DNA of 64,000 nt from Fidelibacterota bacterium (GCA_016784025.1 JADHVL010000006.1:86910-150909); one strand, 5' to 3'. Numbered from the stretch's first letter, positions 45,898 to 55,971 are shown. Program-made: numbers and translations. The notes: a model not told the origin generated them from the letters alone.

Positions 45898-46987
45898 TAA
45901 ACTATTTAATATCATCAGGATGCTCAGCATCCCTGGAGTTGGTCCCCGAAAAACCTTAGACCTAATTTCAGAATTTGGCTCTCTTAAAGACATCTTTTCA
46001 GTTGGTTACAAAGAGCTCACAAGAATTCCTGGCATAAAAGACAAAATTGCCAGATCCATATTAGGTGATCCCGATGAGGAATTGATTGCCGGACAAGCCA
46101 AGCTCATCGAAAAATTTCAGGTTGAAATGGTCACGCTCTGGGATGAATCCTATCCCGACCAATTGAAACAAATCTATGATCCACCCATAGCTCTGTTTTG
46201 CAGGGGAAATATTGAGCTGCTGGGTTCAGATAGCCTTGGGATGGTTGGAACCCGAACCCCCAGCGGATACGGTAAGGAAATAACCAAGGAATTCAGCAGG
46301 GACCTCGCCCAAAGAGGGTTGACTGTAGTTTCAGGTGCCGCAAAAGGTGTAGATACCTTAACACATGAGGCTTGTCTCAATGCTGGTGGACAAACTATTG
46401 CTGTGCTTGGAAATGGTGTTGACAGAATTTATCCAGCCGAGAATCGCCCTCTTTTTGATGAGATATCAGACAAAGGATTATTGATTTCAGAATTTCTCAT
46501 GGGTAGCAAACCTGACGCTCAAAATTTTCCTAGGCGGAATCGAATTATTTCTGGACTCAGCATGGGGACCATTGTGGTCGAAGCCGCAGAACGCAGTGGC
46601 TCATTAATTACTGCCTATTTTGCACTGGACCAGAACCGAGAGGTCTTTTCTGTGCCGGGTCCAGTGAACAGCCGCCAGAGTCGCGGAACCAATCTTTTAA
46701 TCAAACAGGGAGCCAAGCTGGTTGAGAATGTAGCGGATATTCTAGAGGAACTTGGGGAGAAGTTTAAAATGGGTAGCTCCCAGGGTCAGCAGGAGCTCCT
46801 CATTGCAGCTGATCCTGGAGAGAAGGCACTTCTTGAACACCTCTCAGACTCAGAAGAAATTCATATTGATAATTTGTCCATGTTGGCTGGACAAACTACC
46901 TTCGCACTTCTGGGAACCTTGCTACAGCTAGAAATGAAAGGTCTGGTTCAACAATTACCCGGCAAATATTTTAAACGAAGATTTTGA
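45890..46987 (+). CDS. dprA: DNA-processing protein DprA
   Basis: GMVGTRTPSGYG, VVSGAAKGVDTLTHEA and FPRRNRIISGLS. Confidence 0.9.
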   Translation: MNNKLFNIIRMLSIPGVGPRKTLDLISEFGSLKDIFSVGYKELTRIPGIKDKIARSILGDPDEELIAGQAKLIEKFQVEMVTLWDESYPDQLKQIYDPPIALFCRGNIELLGSDSLGMVGTRTPSGYGKEITKEFSRDLAQRGLTVVSGAAKGVDTLTHEACLNAGGQTIAVLGNGVDRIYPAENRPLFDEISDKGLLISEFLMGSKPDAQNFPRRNRIISGLSMGTIVVEAAERSGSLITAYFALDQNREVFSVPGPVNSRQSRGTNLLIKQGAKLVENVADILEELGEKFKMGSSQGQQELLIAADPGEKALLEHLSDSEEIHIDNLSMLAGQTTFALLGTLLQLEMKGLVQQLPGKYFKRRF

Positions 46988-47028
46988 AATATCTTTTTCT
47001 GATGGTAAGTATGGTAAGTAGGGTACTG

Positions 47029-47641
47029 TAATCCCAAAGGGATGAAATTTAAATAACATTGTTAGACGCAAAGTATAAATAATCCTGAAAGGATGAAATA
47101 GTAAGGCAAGTGGCTGGTACCTATTCGCAATTATATATTCAAATTGTTTTCGCCGTGAACGGACGAAAGAATATGCTTCACAAACCTTGGAGATCTGAAT
47201 TGTTTAAATACATGGCTGGGATCATCAATGGTAAAGGTCAAAAAACAATAATTGTAAACGGTGTTTCCGACCATGTTCACATATTGATAGGATTGAAGCC
47301 TTCCATGGCTATATCAGATTTGGTACGGGATGTGAAAAATAACTCAACAAACTTCATAAATAGTCAAAAAATTACCAGAGGAAAATTTTCATGGCAAGCC
47401 GGATATGGTGCCTTTTCCTATGGTAAATCCCAACTTAATCACGTGTATGGATATGTACTCAATCAGGAAAAACATCACTCAAAAACTTCATTTAGAGAAG
47501 AATATCACGAGTTTTTGAGGAAATATGAAATTGAACATGATGATAAATATTTGTTCCAGTGGATAGAAGAATGTCACCCCTCCGGGGTTCAATAATAGCT
47601 CAAAATTAGAACAATAATAATTTTACCCCTTCGGGGTTGAA
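47029..47641 (+). mobile_element. IS200/RAYT-like unit: Y1 (HUH) transposase gene bracketed by paired short hairpin repeats
   Basis: Upstream are TAATCCCAAAGGGATGAAAT (47029-47048) and TAATCCTGAAAGGATGAAAT (47080-47099). Downstream are ACCCCTCCGGGGTTCAA (47576-47592, overlapping the stop) and ACCCCTTCGGGGTTGAA (47625-47641). Confidence 0.6.
47110..47595 (+). CDS. IS200-like / REP-associated tyrosine (Y1, HUH) transposase
   Basis: GTG start. YSQLYIQIVFAVNGR. HUH motif DHVHILIG. FSWQAGYGAFSY. YVLNQEKHH. Confidence 0.8.
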   Translation: MAGTYSQLYIQIVFAVNGRKNMLHKPWRSELFKYMAGIINGKGQKTIIVNGVSDHVHILIGLKPSMAISDLVRDVKNNSTNFINSQKITRGKFSWQAGYGAFSYGKSQLNHVYGYVLNQEKHHSKTSFREEYHEFLRKYEIEHDDKYLFQWIEECHPSGVQ

Positions 47642-47677
47642 CTATGTTGAAAACAATGATTAGTCAAAGGAAGAGCA

Positions 47678-48988
47678 ATGAATGGATCTATAATTACAGA
47701 ATTAATTAGTTATCTAAATCAAAGCGTCACCGCCTACCATGCTGTAATAACAGCAGAAGCAACCCTCAAATCAAATGGATTTATTCGATTGGATGAGCAG
47801 GATGTGTGGGACTTAAAACCCAATCAAAAGTACTATGTAATCAGGAGTCAATCAGCTCTGGCAGCCTGGCAAATGGGTAGGGGTGATAAATCAGGTATAC
47901 GTCTTGTTGGAGCTCATACCGATTCTCCCGGGCTTCATTTAAAACCCAAGGCTCAATATTCTAAGAGTGGATATGTTCAACTTGGAGTTGAGGTCTACGG
48001 GGGACCACTTCTGGCAAGTTGGACAGATCGTGATCTATCTCTGGCGGGTCGGGTTATACTGAAAGAGGCTGGTAAGCTTAAAGTCGTTCCATTTAAATCG
48101 AATAAAGTTTTGCTGAGGATTCCTCAATTGGCAATTCACCTCAATAGAGAAGTGAATGAGAAAGGCTTGATGCTCAATAAGCAAACCCACATGCCACCTA
48201 TTCTGGCTCTTGAGAGTACAGATGGCCCCTCAATTGATGCAGAATTGATCGAAGGTCTCATCGCTGATGAATTGAAAGTGACGCGAGATGAAATCGCCAG
48301 TTGGCAACTTGAATGCTATGATACTCAATCCGCCAATACAAGTGGGTTAAATGATGAATTCATCGTGAGTGGAAGAATCGACAATCTCACCATGTGCCAC
48401 GCATCCATTCAGGCCCTGACTTCAACAGCATTCTCAGCTCCCCAAACTGCTATGATTGCCCTGTTTGACAATGAGGAGATTGGTAGCTCAACTGAGAATG
48501 GTGCCGCCTCAGGTTTTATCCGCGATATTATCACCAGGGTAGTAGGATCAGATGATTCCAATCATATGACGCAAAGGACCTTGGCCAATAGCGCCTGTAT
48601 TTCAGCCGATGGAGCTCATGCCATCCATCCCAATTATATTGAGTTTCATGATCCCCAGCATGCAGTAAAAATGAATCAGGGACCAGTAATAAAGGTGAAT
48701 GCAAATCATCGCTATGCAACCAGTGCCTTTACCTCAGCAATCTTTGAACAATTGTGTAAAGATGTGGATGTTCCAGTCCAGCACTACGTCCATAAAACCG
48801 ATTTGCCGTGTGGGTCTACCATTGGACCCATAACAGCAACTGGATTGGGTATACCCGTAGTTGATGTTGGCAATGCCATGCTTTCTATGCACTCCATCCG
48901 AGAAACAGCTGGCGCGAAAGATCATGAAATGATGATCAAAGTGCTGGAGCGGTTTTTCTCAAAAGCAGATTTGGTATCGGTTTCATAA
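47678..48988 (+). CDS. M18-family (aspartyl) aminopeptidase
   Basis: GAHTDSPGLHLKP, FDNEEIGS and MHSIRE motifs. 436 aa. Confidence 0.8.
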   Translation: MNGSIITELISYLNQSVTAYHAVITAEATLKSNGFIRLDEQDVWDLKPNQKYYVIRSQSALAAWQMGRGDKSGIRLVGAHTDSPGLHLKPKAQYSKSGYVQLGVEVYGGPLLASWTDRDLSLAGRVILKEAGKLKVVPFKSNKVLLRIPQLAIHLNREVNEKGLMLNKQTHMPPILALESTDGPSIDAELIEGLIADELKVTRDEIASWQLECYDTQSANTSGLNDEFIVSGRIDNLTMCHASIQALTSTAFSAPQTAMIALFDNEEIGSSTENGAASGFIRDIITRVVGSDDSNHMTQRTLANSACISADGAHAIHPNYIEFHDPQHAVKMNQGPVIKVNANHRYATSAFTSAIFEQLCKDVDVPVQHYVHKTDLPCGSTIGPITATGLGIPVVDVGNAMLSMHSIRETAGAKDHEMMIKVLERFFSKADLVSVS

Positions 48989-49112
48989 TCAGGAATAATA
49001 TTTCAACACCCCAGCTGTATTCAATATAGAATAATAAGATCAAATCAGACTTCCTTCACCCCTGATAATTGATACATTATTCTGCTTTTTTTATGAGTTT
49101 TAAACATCGACT

Positions 49113-49245
49113 GATCTTGAAGATGCGTTGTGCTTTCAGGTCCTGCAATGAGAGCGAGCCGAACCCCGTCAGATCCGGAAGGAAGCAGCGGTAAGCATTG
49201 TAATCGTGTGTCGGAATTGCCTGAGGCACGCGCATCTTTGAGATC
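49113..49245 (+). ncRNA. ffs: Signal recognition particle RNA (small bacterial 4.5S type)
   Basis: GTCAGATCCGGAAGGAAGCAGC matches the conserved domain IV GUCAGGUCCGGAAGGAAGCAGC of E. coli 4.5S. The 3' side CGTGTGTCGG..TGCCTGAGG parallels GCGUGUGCCGG..GCUGGCAGG. The terminal helix is GATCTTGAAGATGCG / CGCATCTTTGAGATC. The position just upstream of dnaX is classic. Confidence 0.85.
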
Positions 49246-49279
49246 AGCTATTAGTCAACCAACGGGAAAGTCCAATATC

Positions 49280-51118
49280 GTGTCTGATCAAGAATCTGCA
49301 TATATAGTTTCCTCGCTAAAATATCGTCCTCAGACATTTGAGGATGTCGTAGGTCAGGATCATGTTTCCAGAACACTGAGAAATGCACTTGTCAGGCATA
49401 GACTAGCCAATGGTTATATTTTTACTGGTCCAAGGGGCGTTGGTAAAACAACCTGTGCCCGAATTCTGGCCAAGGCCATCAATTGTGAAAATCCCAACGA
49501 TGGGAATCCCTGTAATACATGTAACCACTGCATTGAAATTACCGGCGGTCGGAGTCTTGATGTTCTGGAAGTTGATGGAGCATCCACTCGTGGTATTGAT
49601 GCCATCAGGGAACTGCGAGAGGTGGTTAAATATCCACCTACAAATTCAAATTACCGTGTCTACATCATCGATGAAGTACACATGCTCACCAAAGAAGCCT
49701 TCAATGCACTTCTGAAAACCTTGGAGGAACCACCACCTCAAGTCCTATTTATCTTTGCTACTACGGAACCTCAAAAAGTTCCTATCACCATACTTTCTCG
49801 CTGTCAACGCTACGATTTTCGCATGATTTCCACAGAAACCATGGTGGCGCGTTTAAAAATGATCAGTGACAAAGAGGGCATTTCAATTTCCGAAGAAGGT
49901 TTGGCGCTTATTGCCCGTAAGGCAGCAGGAAGTCTGCGAGATTCTTTGAGTCTATTGGATCAGGTTTCAGCATTTGCTGAAGATGAAGCTTCAATTGATC
50001 TTGTGAGAAGAGTATTGGGGGTTCTGGACGCCACCATATATTTCGAATTAATGCACAATGTGGCCAGTCAATCTGCTGAGAACCTTATGAATCAAGCAAA
50101 TTTGCTTTTTTCAAGAGGGATCAGCATTTCTGAATTCTTGCATGGTCTCAGTGAACATATTAGAAATCTTCTCATTGTGAAGGTGGCTGGAATTACAGAT
50201 TATCTTGATGTCTCAGATACTGATGCAAAGGCACTCGAGGAGCAAACCGCATATCTTGAGGAACGTGATCTACTACGCATGCAAAATATTGTTCTGGAAA
50301 CCATCAGGGAACAACGCTTTGTAAGCAACCAATTGGTTTCTGTTGAACTCATGTTGCTAAAGCTGTCTAGAAGTACACGTGCACTTGATTTGGATGCAAT
50401 TCTTTCTGGGAAAAGCATCCCAGCACCTGTTATACCAAAGGCTACGCCTTCAAATTTAGCTCCATCACCTGACAAGGGTGATTTAGCCTCAAAAAAGTCA
50501 ACACCTCAACCGAAACCGATTCCCGTTCCTGATCCTGAGCCACTTCCGGAGACTCCTAAAGCAGTTGAACCTGAACCCGAGCCCACAACTGAAAGACCTG
50601 AGGTAGCTGAGCCTGTAGAGGAAGCGGTCAAAAAATCCGAGTCAGTACCTCCACCAGAGCCGGAAGTTGTTGAAGAAATTGTACCCGAATCCACTCCCGA
50701 GCCTGTTCCTGAAGTTGAGGAAGTACTGGTAGTTGAGAGTAATCCACCTGCCGATGATAAATTCCATGATATAACTATTGAAAAACTCTTACCACACTGG
50801 GAAAAATTTATCGAAAGTCTGGGTAAGATTAGCAGATCCACCAGTGCATTTATGAGTGAAGGGACACCAGCTGGGTTTGAAAAGGGCTGTCTCACCGTTT
50901 CATTTGCTCCAGAACAAAAATATCATATTCAGACCTTAAGTAAGAATACAGAGGAAATTCACAAAATTGCCTCGGAAGTATTTGGAACAAAAATGACTAT
51001 TCTGCTATTAGAAGAAAATGGTCGTAAACCAAAACAACGCAAAGAAGATGAAATTCTGGCTCATCCAACCTCACAACATCTCCTGGATATATTTGATGGT
51101 GAGATCATTGATGAGTAG
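49280..51118 (+). CDS. dnaX: DNA polymerase III subunit tau (gamma by possible frameshift)
   Basis: YRPQTFEDVVGQ, GPRGVGKTT, Zn module CENPNDGNPCNTCNHC and SRC motif LSRCQRYDF. The start is moved to GTG 49280 because the listed 49130 start overlaps the SRP RNA. The start is uncertain. Confidence 0.85.
   Translation: MSDQESAYIVSSLKYRPQTFEDVVGQDHVSRTLRNALVRHRLANGYIFTGPRGVGKTTCARILAKAINCENPNDGNPCNTCNHCIEITGGRSLDVLEVDGASTRGIDAIRELREVVKYPPTNSNYRVYIIDEVHMLTKEAFNALLKTLEEPPPQVLFIFATTEPQKVPITILSRCQRYDFRMISTETMVARLKMISDKEGISISEEGLALIARKAAGSLRDSLSLLDQVSAFAEDEASIDLVRRVLGVLDATIYFELMHNVASQSAENLMNQANLLFSRGISISEFLHGLSEHIRNLLIVKVAGITDYLDVSDTDAKALEEQTAYLEERDLLRMQNIVLETIREQRFVSNQLVSVELMLLKLSRSTRALDLDAILSGKSIPAPVIPKATPSNLAPSPDKGDLASKKSTPQPKPIPVPDPEPLPETPKAVEPEPEPTTERPEVAEPVEEAVKKSESVPPPEPEVVEEIVPESTPEPVPEVEEVLVVESNPPADDKFHDITIEKLLPHWEKFIESLGKISRSTSAFMSEGTPAGFEKGCLTVSFAPEQKYHIQTLSKNTEEIHKIASEVFGTKMTILLLEENGRKPKQRKEDEILAHPTSQHLLDIFDGEIIDE
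50474..50532 (+). other. Candidate programmed -1 ribosomal frameshift cassette in dnaX
   Basis: In-frame tcA AAA AAG heptamer (50491-50497). SD-like AGGGTG ends 10 nt upstream. The -1 frame reads 11 codons and then TGA at 50530-50532. Confidence 0.45.
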
Positions 51119-51147
51119 AATTTGAACACCTATAGGAGAAAACTCCA

Positions 51148-51486
51148 ATGATGCCAAAAGGCGGAATGGGCAACCTTTTAAAGCAAGCCCAGAAAATGCA
51201 AAAAGATATGGAAATCGCTCAGAATGAGCTCGCTACCATTGAGGTAGAAGGATCTGCCGGTGGTGGTATGGTTAACGTGAAGGCCAATGCCAAGATGCAG
51301 ATATTATCCATCAAAATCGAGCCAGATGTACTGGAAGATGATGTTGATATGGTTGAAGATCTTGTGCTTGCTGCAGTAAATCAAGCCCTGACAAATGCCC
51401 AGGATGCTGCCAACTCAAGAATGTCACAAGTTACTGGTGGTATGATGGGTGGAATGGGTGGACTAAATATTCCCGGACTTGGATGA
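51148..51486 (+). CDS. ybaB: YbaB/EbfC nucleoid-associated protein
   Basis: [12 protein letters not shown]...[10 protein letters not shown]..., 112 aa, in the conserved dnaX-ybaB-recR order. Confidence 0.9.
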   Translation: MMPKGGMGNLLKQAQKMQKDMEIAQNELATIEVEGSAGGGMVNVKANAKMQILSIKIEPDVLEDDVDMVEDLVLAAVNQALTNAQDAANSRMSQVTGGMMGGMGGLNIPGLG

Positions 51487-52079
51487 AAATTCTTCCTGAT
51501 AGTCTGGAGCGCATTACCGAACAGTTCTCACGATTCCCTGGAATCGGCAAGAAAACTGCACAAAGAATGGCTTTTCAGTTGATTGAATGGAATCCCGAAG
51601 ATGTTCAACGGCTTGGAGATGTCATCATCCAGAGTACTGAAAAATTGCGACAATGCTCCATTTGCAACCTGATTACAGAAGCCGATCCATGCCCGGTCTG
51701 TCTTGATACTCGCAGGGATGAATCCATCCTGTGCGTGGTTGAAGATTCCAGGGATGTCGTTGCCATTGAAGAGACAAGTCGCTTCAGTGGGAAGTATCAC
51801 ATATTGGGTGGGGTTCTTTCACCCCTTGAAGGTGTGGGTCCAGATCAGTTGAATATTCGGAATCTGCTCACACGATTGGAAGATGTCACGGAGATAGTGA
51901 TAGCAATGAATCCCAGCGTTGAAGGGGAGACAACTTCATTGTATTTAGCTCGACTGTTACAGGAAAAAGATATAAAAGTGACCCGCCTTGCAAGAGGAAT
52001 TCCCAGCGGGGGTGATCTTGAGTATATTGATGGTATAACTTTAGGGAGAGCTCTGGACGACAGGCATGAATTAACATGA
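51483..52079 (+). CDS. recR: Recombination protein RecR
   Basis: [14 protein letters not shown] (HhH). Zn finger [16 protein letters not shown]. Toprim region [12 protein letters not shown]. Confidence 0.95.
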   Translation: MKILPDSLERITEQFSRFPGIGKKTAQRMAFQLIEWNPEDVQRLGDVIIQSTEKLRQCSICNLITEADPCPVCLDTRRDESILCVVEDSRDVVAIEETSRFSGKYHILGGVLSPLEGVGPDQLNIRNLLTRLEDVTEIVIAMNPSVEGETTSLYLARLLQEKDIKVTRLARGIPSGGDLEYIDGITLGRALDDRHELT

Positions 52080-52669
52080 TACATAATTTACCAAATATCC
52101 TGACTATTTTTCGAATCGTAATTACACCCCTAATCGTATGGTTGCTCATAGGATTTGATGGCCTGGCTCTCCACGCATTGGCTCTGGTATTGTTTCTCAT
52201 CGCATCACTCACAGACCTATTTGATGGAATAATTGCACGGAAGCTCCAGGTGGTTAGTGAGTTTGGCAAATTTATGGATCCACTCGCTGACAAGATTTTG
52301 GTAAATAGTACCTTCATTACTCTAAATATTTTAGATGTCATGCCAATCTGGATTACTGCAGTAATCATCCTGAGAGATGGTATGGTTACGCTATTGCGCT
52401 GGGCTATGTTGGCCAATGGTGCTTCAATGAATACCAGCCGTATGGCCAAATTGAAAACAGTCTTTCAATACATTTCCATGTATGTGGGTTTGATCTTTAT
52501 CCTTCTCGGGCATTTTGAATCTCTGGATATAATAGTGGCCTGGGTAGAAGAGTGGTTCGTCACAGAGACTATTTTTACACTTACTGGTCTGGTCACCGCC
52601 TTTACAGGTTTCAATTATTTATGGATAAATCGCGCTTTCTTGAATTCCGTATTTACGGAAAGCGAATGA
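52076..52669 (+). CDS. pgsA: CDP-diacylglycerol--glycerol-3-phosphate 3-phosphatidyltransferase
   Basis: CDP-alcohol transferase motif DLFDGIIARKLQVVSEFGKFMDPLADK (DGx2ARx8Gx3Dx3D). Confidence 0.85.
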   Translation: MIHNLPNILTIFRIVITPLIVWLLIGFDGLALHALALVLFLIASLTDLFDGIIARKLQVVSEFGKFMDPLADKILVNSTFITLNILDVMPIWITAVIILRDGMVTLLRWAMLANGASMNTSRMAKLKTVFQYISMYVGLIFILLGHFESLDIIVAWVEEWFVTETIFTLTGLVTAFTGFNYLWINRAFLNSVFTESE

Positions 52670-53121
52670 TCCAAGTTTTACGCGCTTTTACCTCAGTTGG
52701 ATATGTAGGTCTTATACCCGGTGCTCCTGGTACGTATGGATCATTGGTGACCCTTCCCATTGCATATTTTTGGAGTACACTGGTTACAGATAATCCTTTT
52801 ATAACATTGGGACTCATTGCAATAATAACTGTGATGGGTGTATTTGCCTCAAACAAGGTGGGAGAATCTCTGGGTGTTGAAGATCCTGGAGAAATTGTCA
52901 TCGACGAATTAGTTGGTCAATGGATAGCTGTGTTAGCCATCCCGGCACATTGGGGTTTCTGGTTGGCTGCGTTCATTCTTTTTAGAGTTTTTGATATCTG
53001 GAAACCCTGGATAATCGATAAATCTCAGCAGTTACCTCGTGGTATTGGTGTCATGATGGATGATGTGTTGGCTGGTTTGCTGGCATTGGCTATTATTCAA
53101 GGGGCAGCAGCATTTATATGA
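52666..53121 (+). CDS. pgpA: Phosphatidylglycerophosphatase A
   Basis: ATG 52666 forms an ATGA overlap with the pgsA stop. PGAPGTYGS, DPGEIVIDE and FRVFDIWKPW. ORF-track start 52552 lies inside pgsA. Confidence 0.8.
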   Translation: MIQVLRAFTSVGYVGLIPGAPGTYGSLVTLPIAYFWSTLVTDNPFITLGLIAIITVMGVFASNKVGESLGVEDPGEIVIDELVGQWIAVLAIPAHWGFWLAAFILFRVFDIWKPWIIDKSQQLPRGIGVMMDDVLAGLLALAIIQGAAAFI

Positions 53122-54368
53122 AGCATCTGAATGCCATCACAATATCTATTGGTGATGAATTATTATCAGGCAAGACCGTGGATTCAAATAATGCCTTTAT
53201 ATCGAAGCAATTGGATCTAATTGGCATTCCTGTCATCAAGAAAATAATTATCGGTGACACTGCTCAGGATATAAAGGATTCGTTGGACTGGGCCTTTACT
53301 CAAGCGGATGTGATCACCCTGACTGGTGGACTGGGACCAACTCATGATGATATTACCAAGTCGGTTCTATGTGACTACTTCCATGTGGGATTGAAGTTAT
53401 ATCCAGATTTACTTGAGAATCTGAAAGACCGCTTTGCGCGTAGAGGATTTAAATTTTCAGAAGCCAATACCTCGCAAGCTGAATATCCTGACAATGCAGC
53501 ACTTCTTGACAACCCTTTTGGAACTGCTCAGGGCATGCACATCAAGCATAATGGGAATCATTTGTTTGTAATGGCTGGTGTGCCTAGAGAAATGGAAGCT
53601 GTTACCACAGAACAAATTATCCCCATTCTCTCCAAATTAACGCAGACTTCCATTTCCAAGATTGATATCCACTCCATCGGTGTACCCGAATCTACCCTTT
53701 ATGAATTTAGCAAACCTGTCTTGGATAAATATTCTGATCTTAAAATCGCGTATTTGCCAAAACAGGGCATGGTGACTATCCGAGTATCATATCCATCCAA
53801 ATCTCCTCATGAGGATCAGAAGTTTAAAGATGAGATTTTTGGTAGAATTCGCAATCTGAAACCCAAAAATATTTATGGTCGAGACGAAGAAGTCCTTCCT
53901 GTTCTCATTGGCAAGCTCCTCAAGAAGAATCGCGCAACGGTAGCCACGGCTGAATCCTGTACCGGGGGACTGGTAGCTAGCCTCATCACTGATATCAGTG
54001 GCAGCAGTGAATATTTTCAAACTGGATTTGTGACTTACGCCAACGAGACAAAAATGTCTATGCTGGGAGTTCAGGAGCAGACCTTGATTGACCACGGGGC
54101 AGTAAGTGAAGAAACCGTCTCTGAAATGCTTTCTGGAACCTTGAGTAAAAGTGGTGCTGATTATGCACTTGCCATCTCAGGTATAGCTGGACCCACTGGT
54201 GGAACAGAAGAAAAACCAGTTGGAACCGTATTCATTGGTGTTGCTCATAGCGAGCACCAAAATATCAAACGATTCCAGTTTGGGACGAATCGTATCCTAA
54301 ATAAGGAAATGAGTGCCTTCTCAGCACTCAATTTATTGAGGCTCCTGATTGAGGAGACCAATCAATGA
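53118..54368 (+). CDS. cinA: Competence/damage-inducible protein CinA (MoCF-like + PncC NMN deamidase domains)
   Basis: SIGDELLSGKTVDSN, TGGLGPTHDDITK and ATAESCTGGL. Confidence 0.9.
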   Translation: MKHLNAITISIGDELLSGKTVDSNNAFISKQLDLIGIPVIKKIIIGDTAQDIKDSLDWAFTQADVITLTGGLGPTHDDITKSVLCDYFHVGLKLYPDLLENLKDRFARRGFKFSEANTSQAEYPDNAALLDNPFGTAQGMHIKHNGNHLFVMAGVPREMEAVTTEQIIPILSKLTQTSISKIDIHSIGVPESTLYEFSKPVLDKYSDLKIAYLPKQGMVTIRVSYPSKSPHEDQKFKDEIFGRIRNLKPKNIYGRDEEVLPVLIGKLLKKNRATVATAESCTGGLVASLITDISGSSEYFQTGFVTYANETKMSMLGVQEQTLIDHGAVSEETVSEMLSGTLSKSGADYALAISGIAGPTGGTEEKPVGTVFIGVAHSEHQNIKRFQFGTNRILNKEMSAFSALNLLRLLIEETNQ

Positions 54369-54940
54369 ACGAAATAAGAACCTTCTTGGCATTCCCAATT
54401 CCCAAAGAAATTAAAGGTTACTTTAAAAACATGCTTGAGCCTATCATCGATAGGCAGGATAAAATCAATTGGGTCAAACGTGAAAATATTCATATCACGT
54501 TGAATTATTTGGGTGAAACTGATTCAGAAAAAATTGAAGAACATGCCAGAAAAATAGAGTCAGTGGTTAATGAGTTCCCACCCTTTAAACTGGGAACCAC
54601 CGATACGGGGATTTATCCACATGCCAATGAGCCAAGGGTTTTATGGGTTGGATCTGCGCCATTCGACCTCACTCTGAGCAAGTTTAAGCAAAAACTGGAT
54701 AGAGAATTAACACATTTAGGATATAGACTTGATAATCGTCAATTTCAACCTCATATTACGCTCGCTCGCGTCAAAACAATCTCACGCAAAAGCTCCTTTA
54801 TCCATAAATTTCTGACAAAAGAAGTGCGTGAATTTAATTTTGAAGTTGATACGGTTTTATGGATGAAGAGTACATTGACGACGACGGGTGCAGAGTATGA
54901 AGAATTGAAATCATTTAAATTTAATAGTGGAGGTCAGTGA
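54365..54940 (+). CDS. thpR: RNA 2',3'-cyclic phosphodiesterase (2H family, LigT/ThpR)
   Basis: Two HxT/S motifs are present: HITLNYLG and HITLARV. Confidence 0.85.
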   Translation: MNEIRTFLAFPIPKEIKGYFKNMLEPIIDRQDKINWVKRENIHITLNYLGETDSEKIEEHARKIESVVNEFPPFKLGTTDTGIYPHANEPRVLWVGSAPFDLTLSKFKQKLDRELTHLGYRLDNRQFQPHITLARVKTISRKSSFIHKFLTKEVREFNFEVDTVLWMKSTLTTTGAEYEELKSFKFNSGGQ

Positions 54941-55971
54941 TGAGTGCTGCTCAAGGAAAATCAAAAGACAAAGATAAAGCGATAGAATTAGCGGTCTCCC
55001 AGATTGAACGACAATTTGGTGCAGGGGCTGTCATGAGAATGGGTGAAGACCAGATGAACCTGGCAGTAGAATCCATTTCCACAGGAGCGCTATCATTGGA
55101 TGCTGCCTTGGGAGTGGGTGGGGTGCCCAGGGGACGCATAATTGAAGTTTATGGACCGGAATCATCGGGTAAAACCACATTGGCTCTTCATATCGTAGCC
55201 AGTGCCCAGAAAAGCGGAGGTTATGCTGCCTTCGTTGATGCCGAGCATGCACTTGATCCCAAATATGCCAGTCAACTAGGAGTTGATGTTAAAAATCTAC
55301 TTATCTCCCAGCCCGATTCTGGTGAGCAGGCATTGGAAATTACTGAAACACTGGTTCGGAGTAACGCATTGGATGTCATAGTTATTGATTCCGTTGCTGC
55401 ACTGGTTCCACGCGCAGAGCTGGAAGGAGAAATGGGAGACAGCCATATGGGTCTCCATGCTCGCCTCATGTCGCAGGCACTGAGGAAATTGACAGGAGCC
55501 GTCTCAAAGTCTAACACCTCTGTCATCTTTATCAATCAAATCCGCGAGAAAATTGGTGTTATGTTTGGAAGTCCTGAAACTACTACAGGTGGAAGAGCAC
55601 TGAAATTTTACGCCTCAGTTAGAATGGATATTCGGCGCATAGGATCATTAAAAGATGGTCAGGATAATATCGGTAATCGTGTTCGTGTGAAAGTGGTGAA
55701 GAATAAGATGGCACCACCTTTCAGGGAAACAGAGCTAGATATCATGTTTGGAAGGGGATTCTCTTTTGAAGGTGATATTTTGGATCTGGCATTACAGGCC
55801 AATCTGGTACAAAAAAGTGGATCATGGTTTAGCTATGGTGAGGAACGTTTAGGGCAGGGTAAAGAAAATGTTAAAAATTTCTTTATCGAAAACCCAGATC
55901 TTCTGGCCAAGGTGGTCGGTGAAGTCCGTCTCTTTCTAGGAATGGATTCCGCAGACGAAAAAGCCGAATAA
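54937..55971 (+). CDS. recA: Recombinase RecA
   Basis: [34 protein letters not shown] and [23 protein letters not shown]. Confidence 0.97.
   Translation: MMSAAQGKSKDKDKAIELAVSQIERQFGAGAVMRMGEDQMNLAVESISTGALSLDAALGVGGVPRGRIIEVYGPESSGKTTLALHIVASAQKSGGYAAFVDAEHALDPKYASQLGVDVKNLLISQPDSGEQALEITETLVRSNALDVIVIDSVAALVPRAELEGEMGDSHMGLHARLMSQALRKLTGAVSKSNTSVIFINQIREKIGVMFGSPETTTGGRALKFYASVRMDIRRIGSLKDGQDNIGNRVRVKVVKNKMAPPFRETELDIMFGRGFSFEGDILDLALQANLVQKSGSWFSYGEERLGQGKENVKNFFIENPDLLAKVVGEVRLFLGMDSADEKAE

Noticed and set aside
49130-49279. N-terminal 50 codons of the listed dnaX ORF
   Set aside because: This stretch overlaps a sequence with the conserved SRP RNA domain IV and terminal helix. DnaX proteins normally start shortly before YRPQTF, so the start was moved to GTG 49280.
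50506-50895. 129-aa Ser/Gly/Thr-rich minus-strand ORF
   Set aside because: It is the mirror image of the Pro/Glu-rich linker (PEPEPT..PEPVPEVEE) of DnaX tau, so it is a low-complexity artefact.
51886-52449. 187-aa minus-strand ORF
   Set aside because: It is antisense to recR and pgsA, both of which have clear catalytic motifs. It has no recognisable features.
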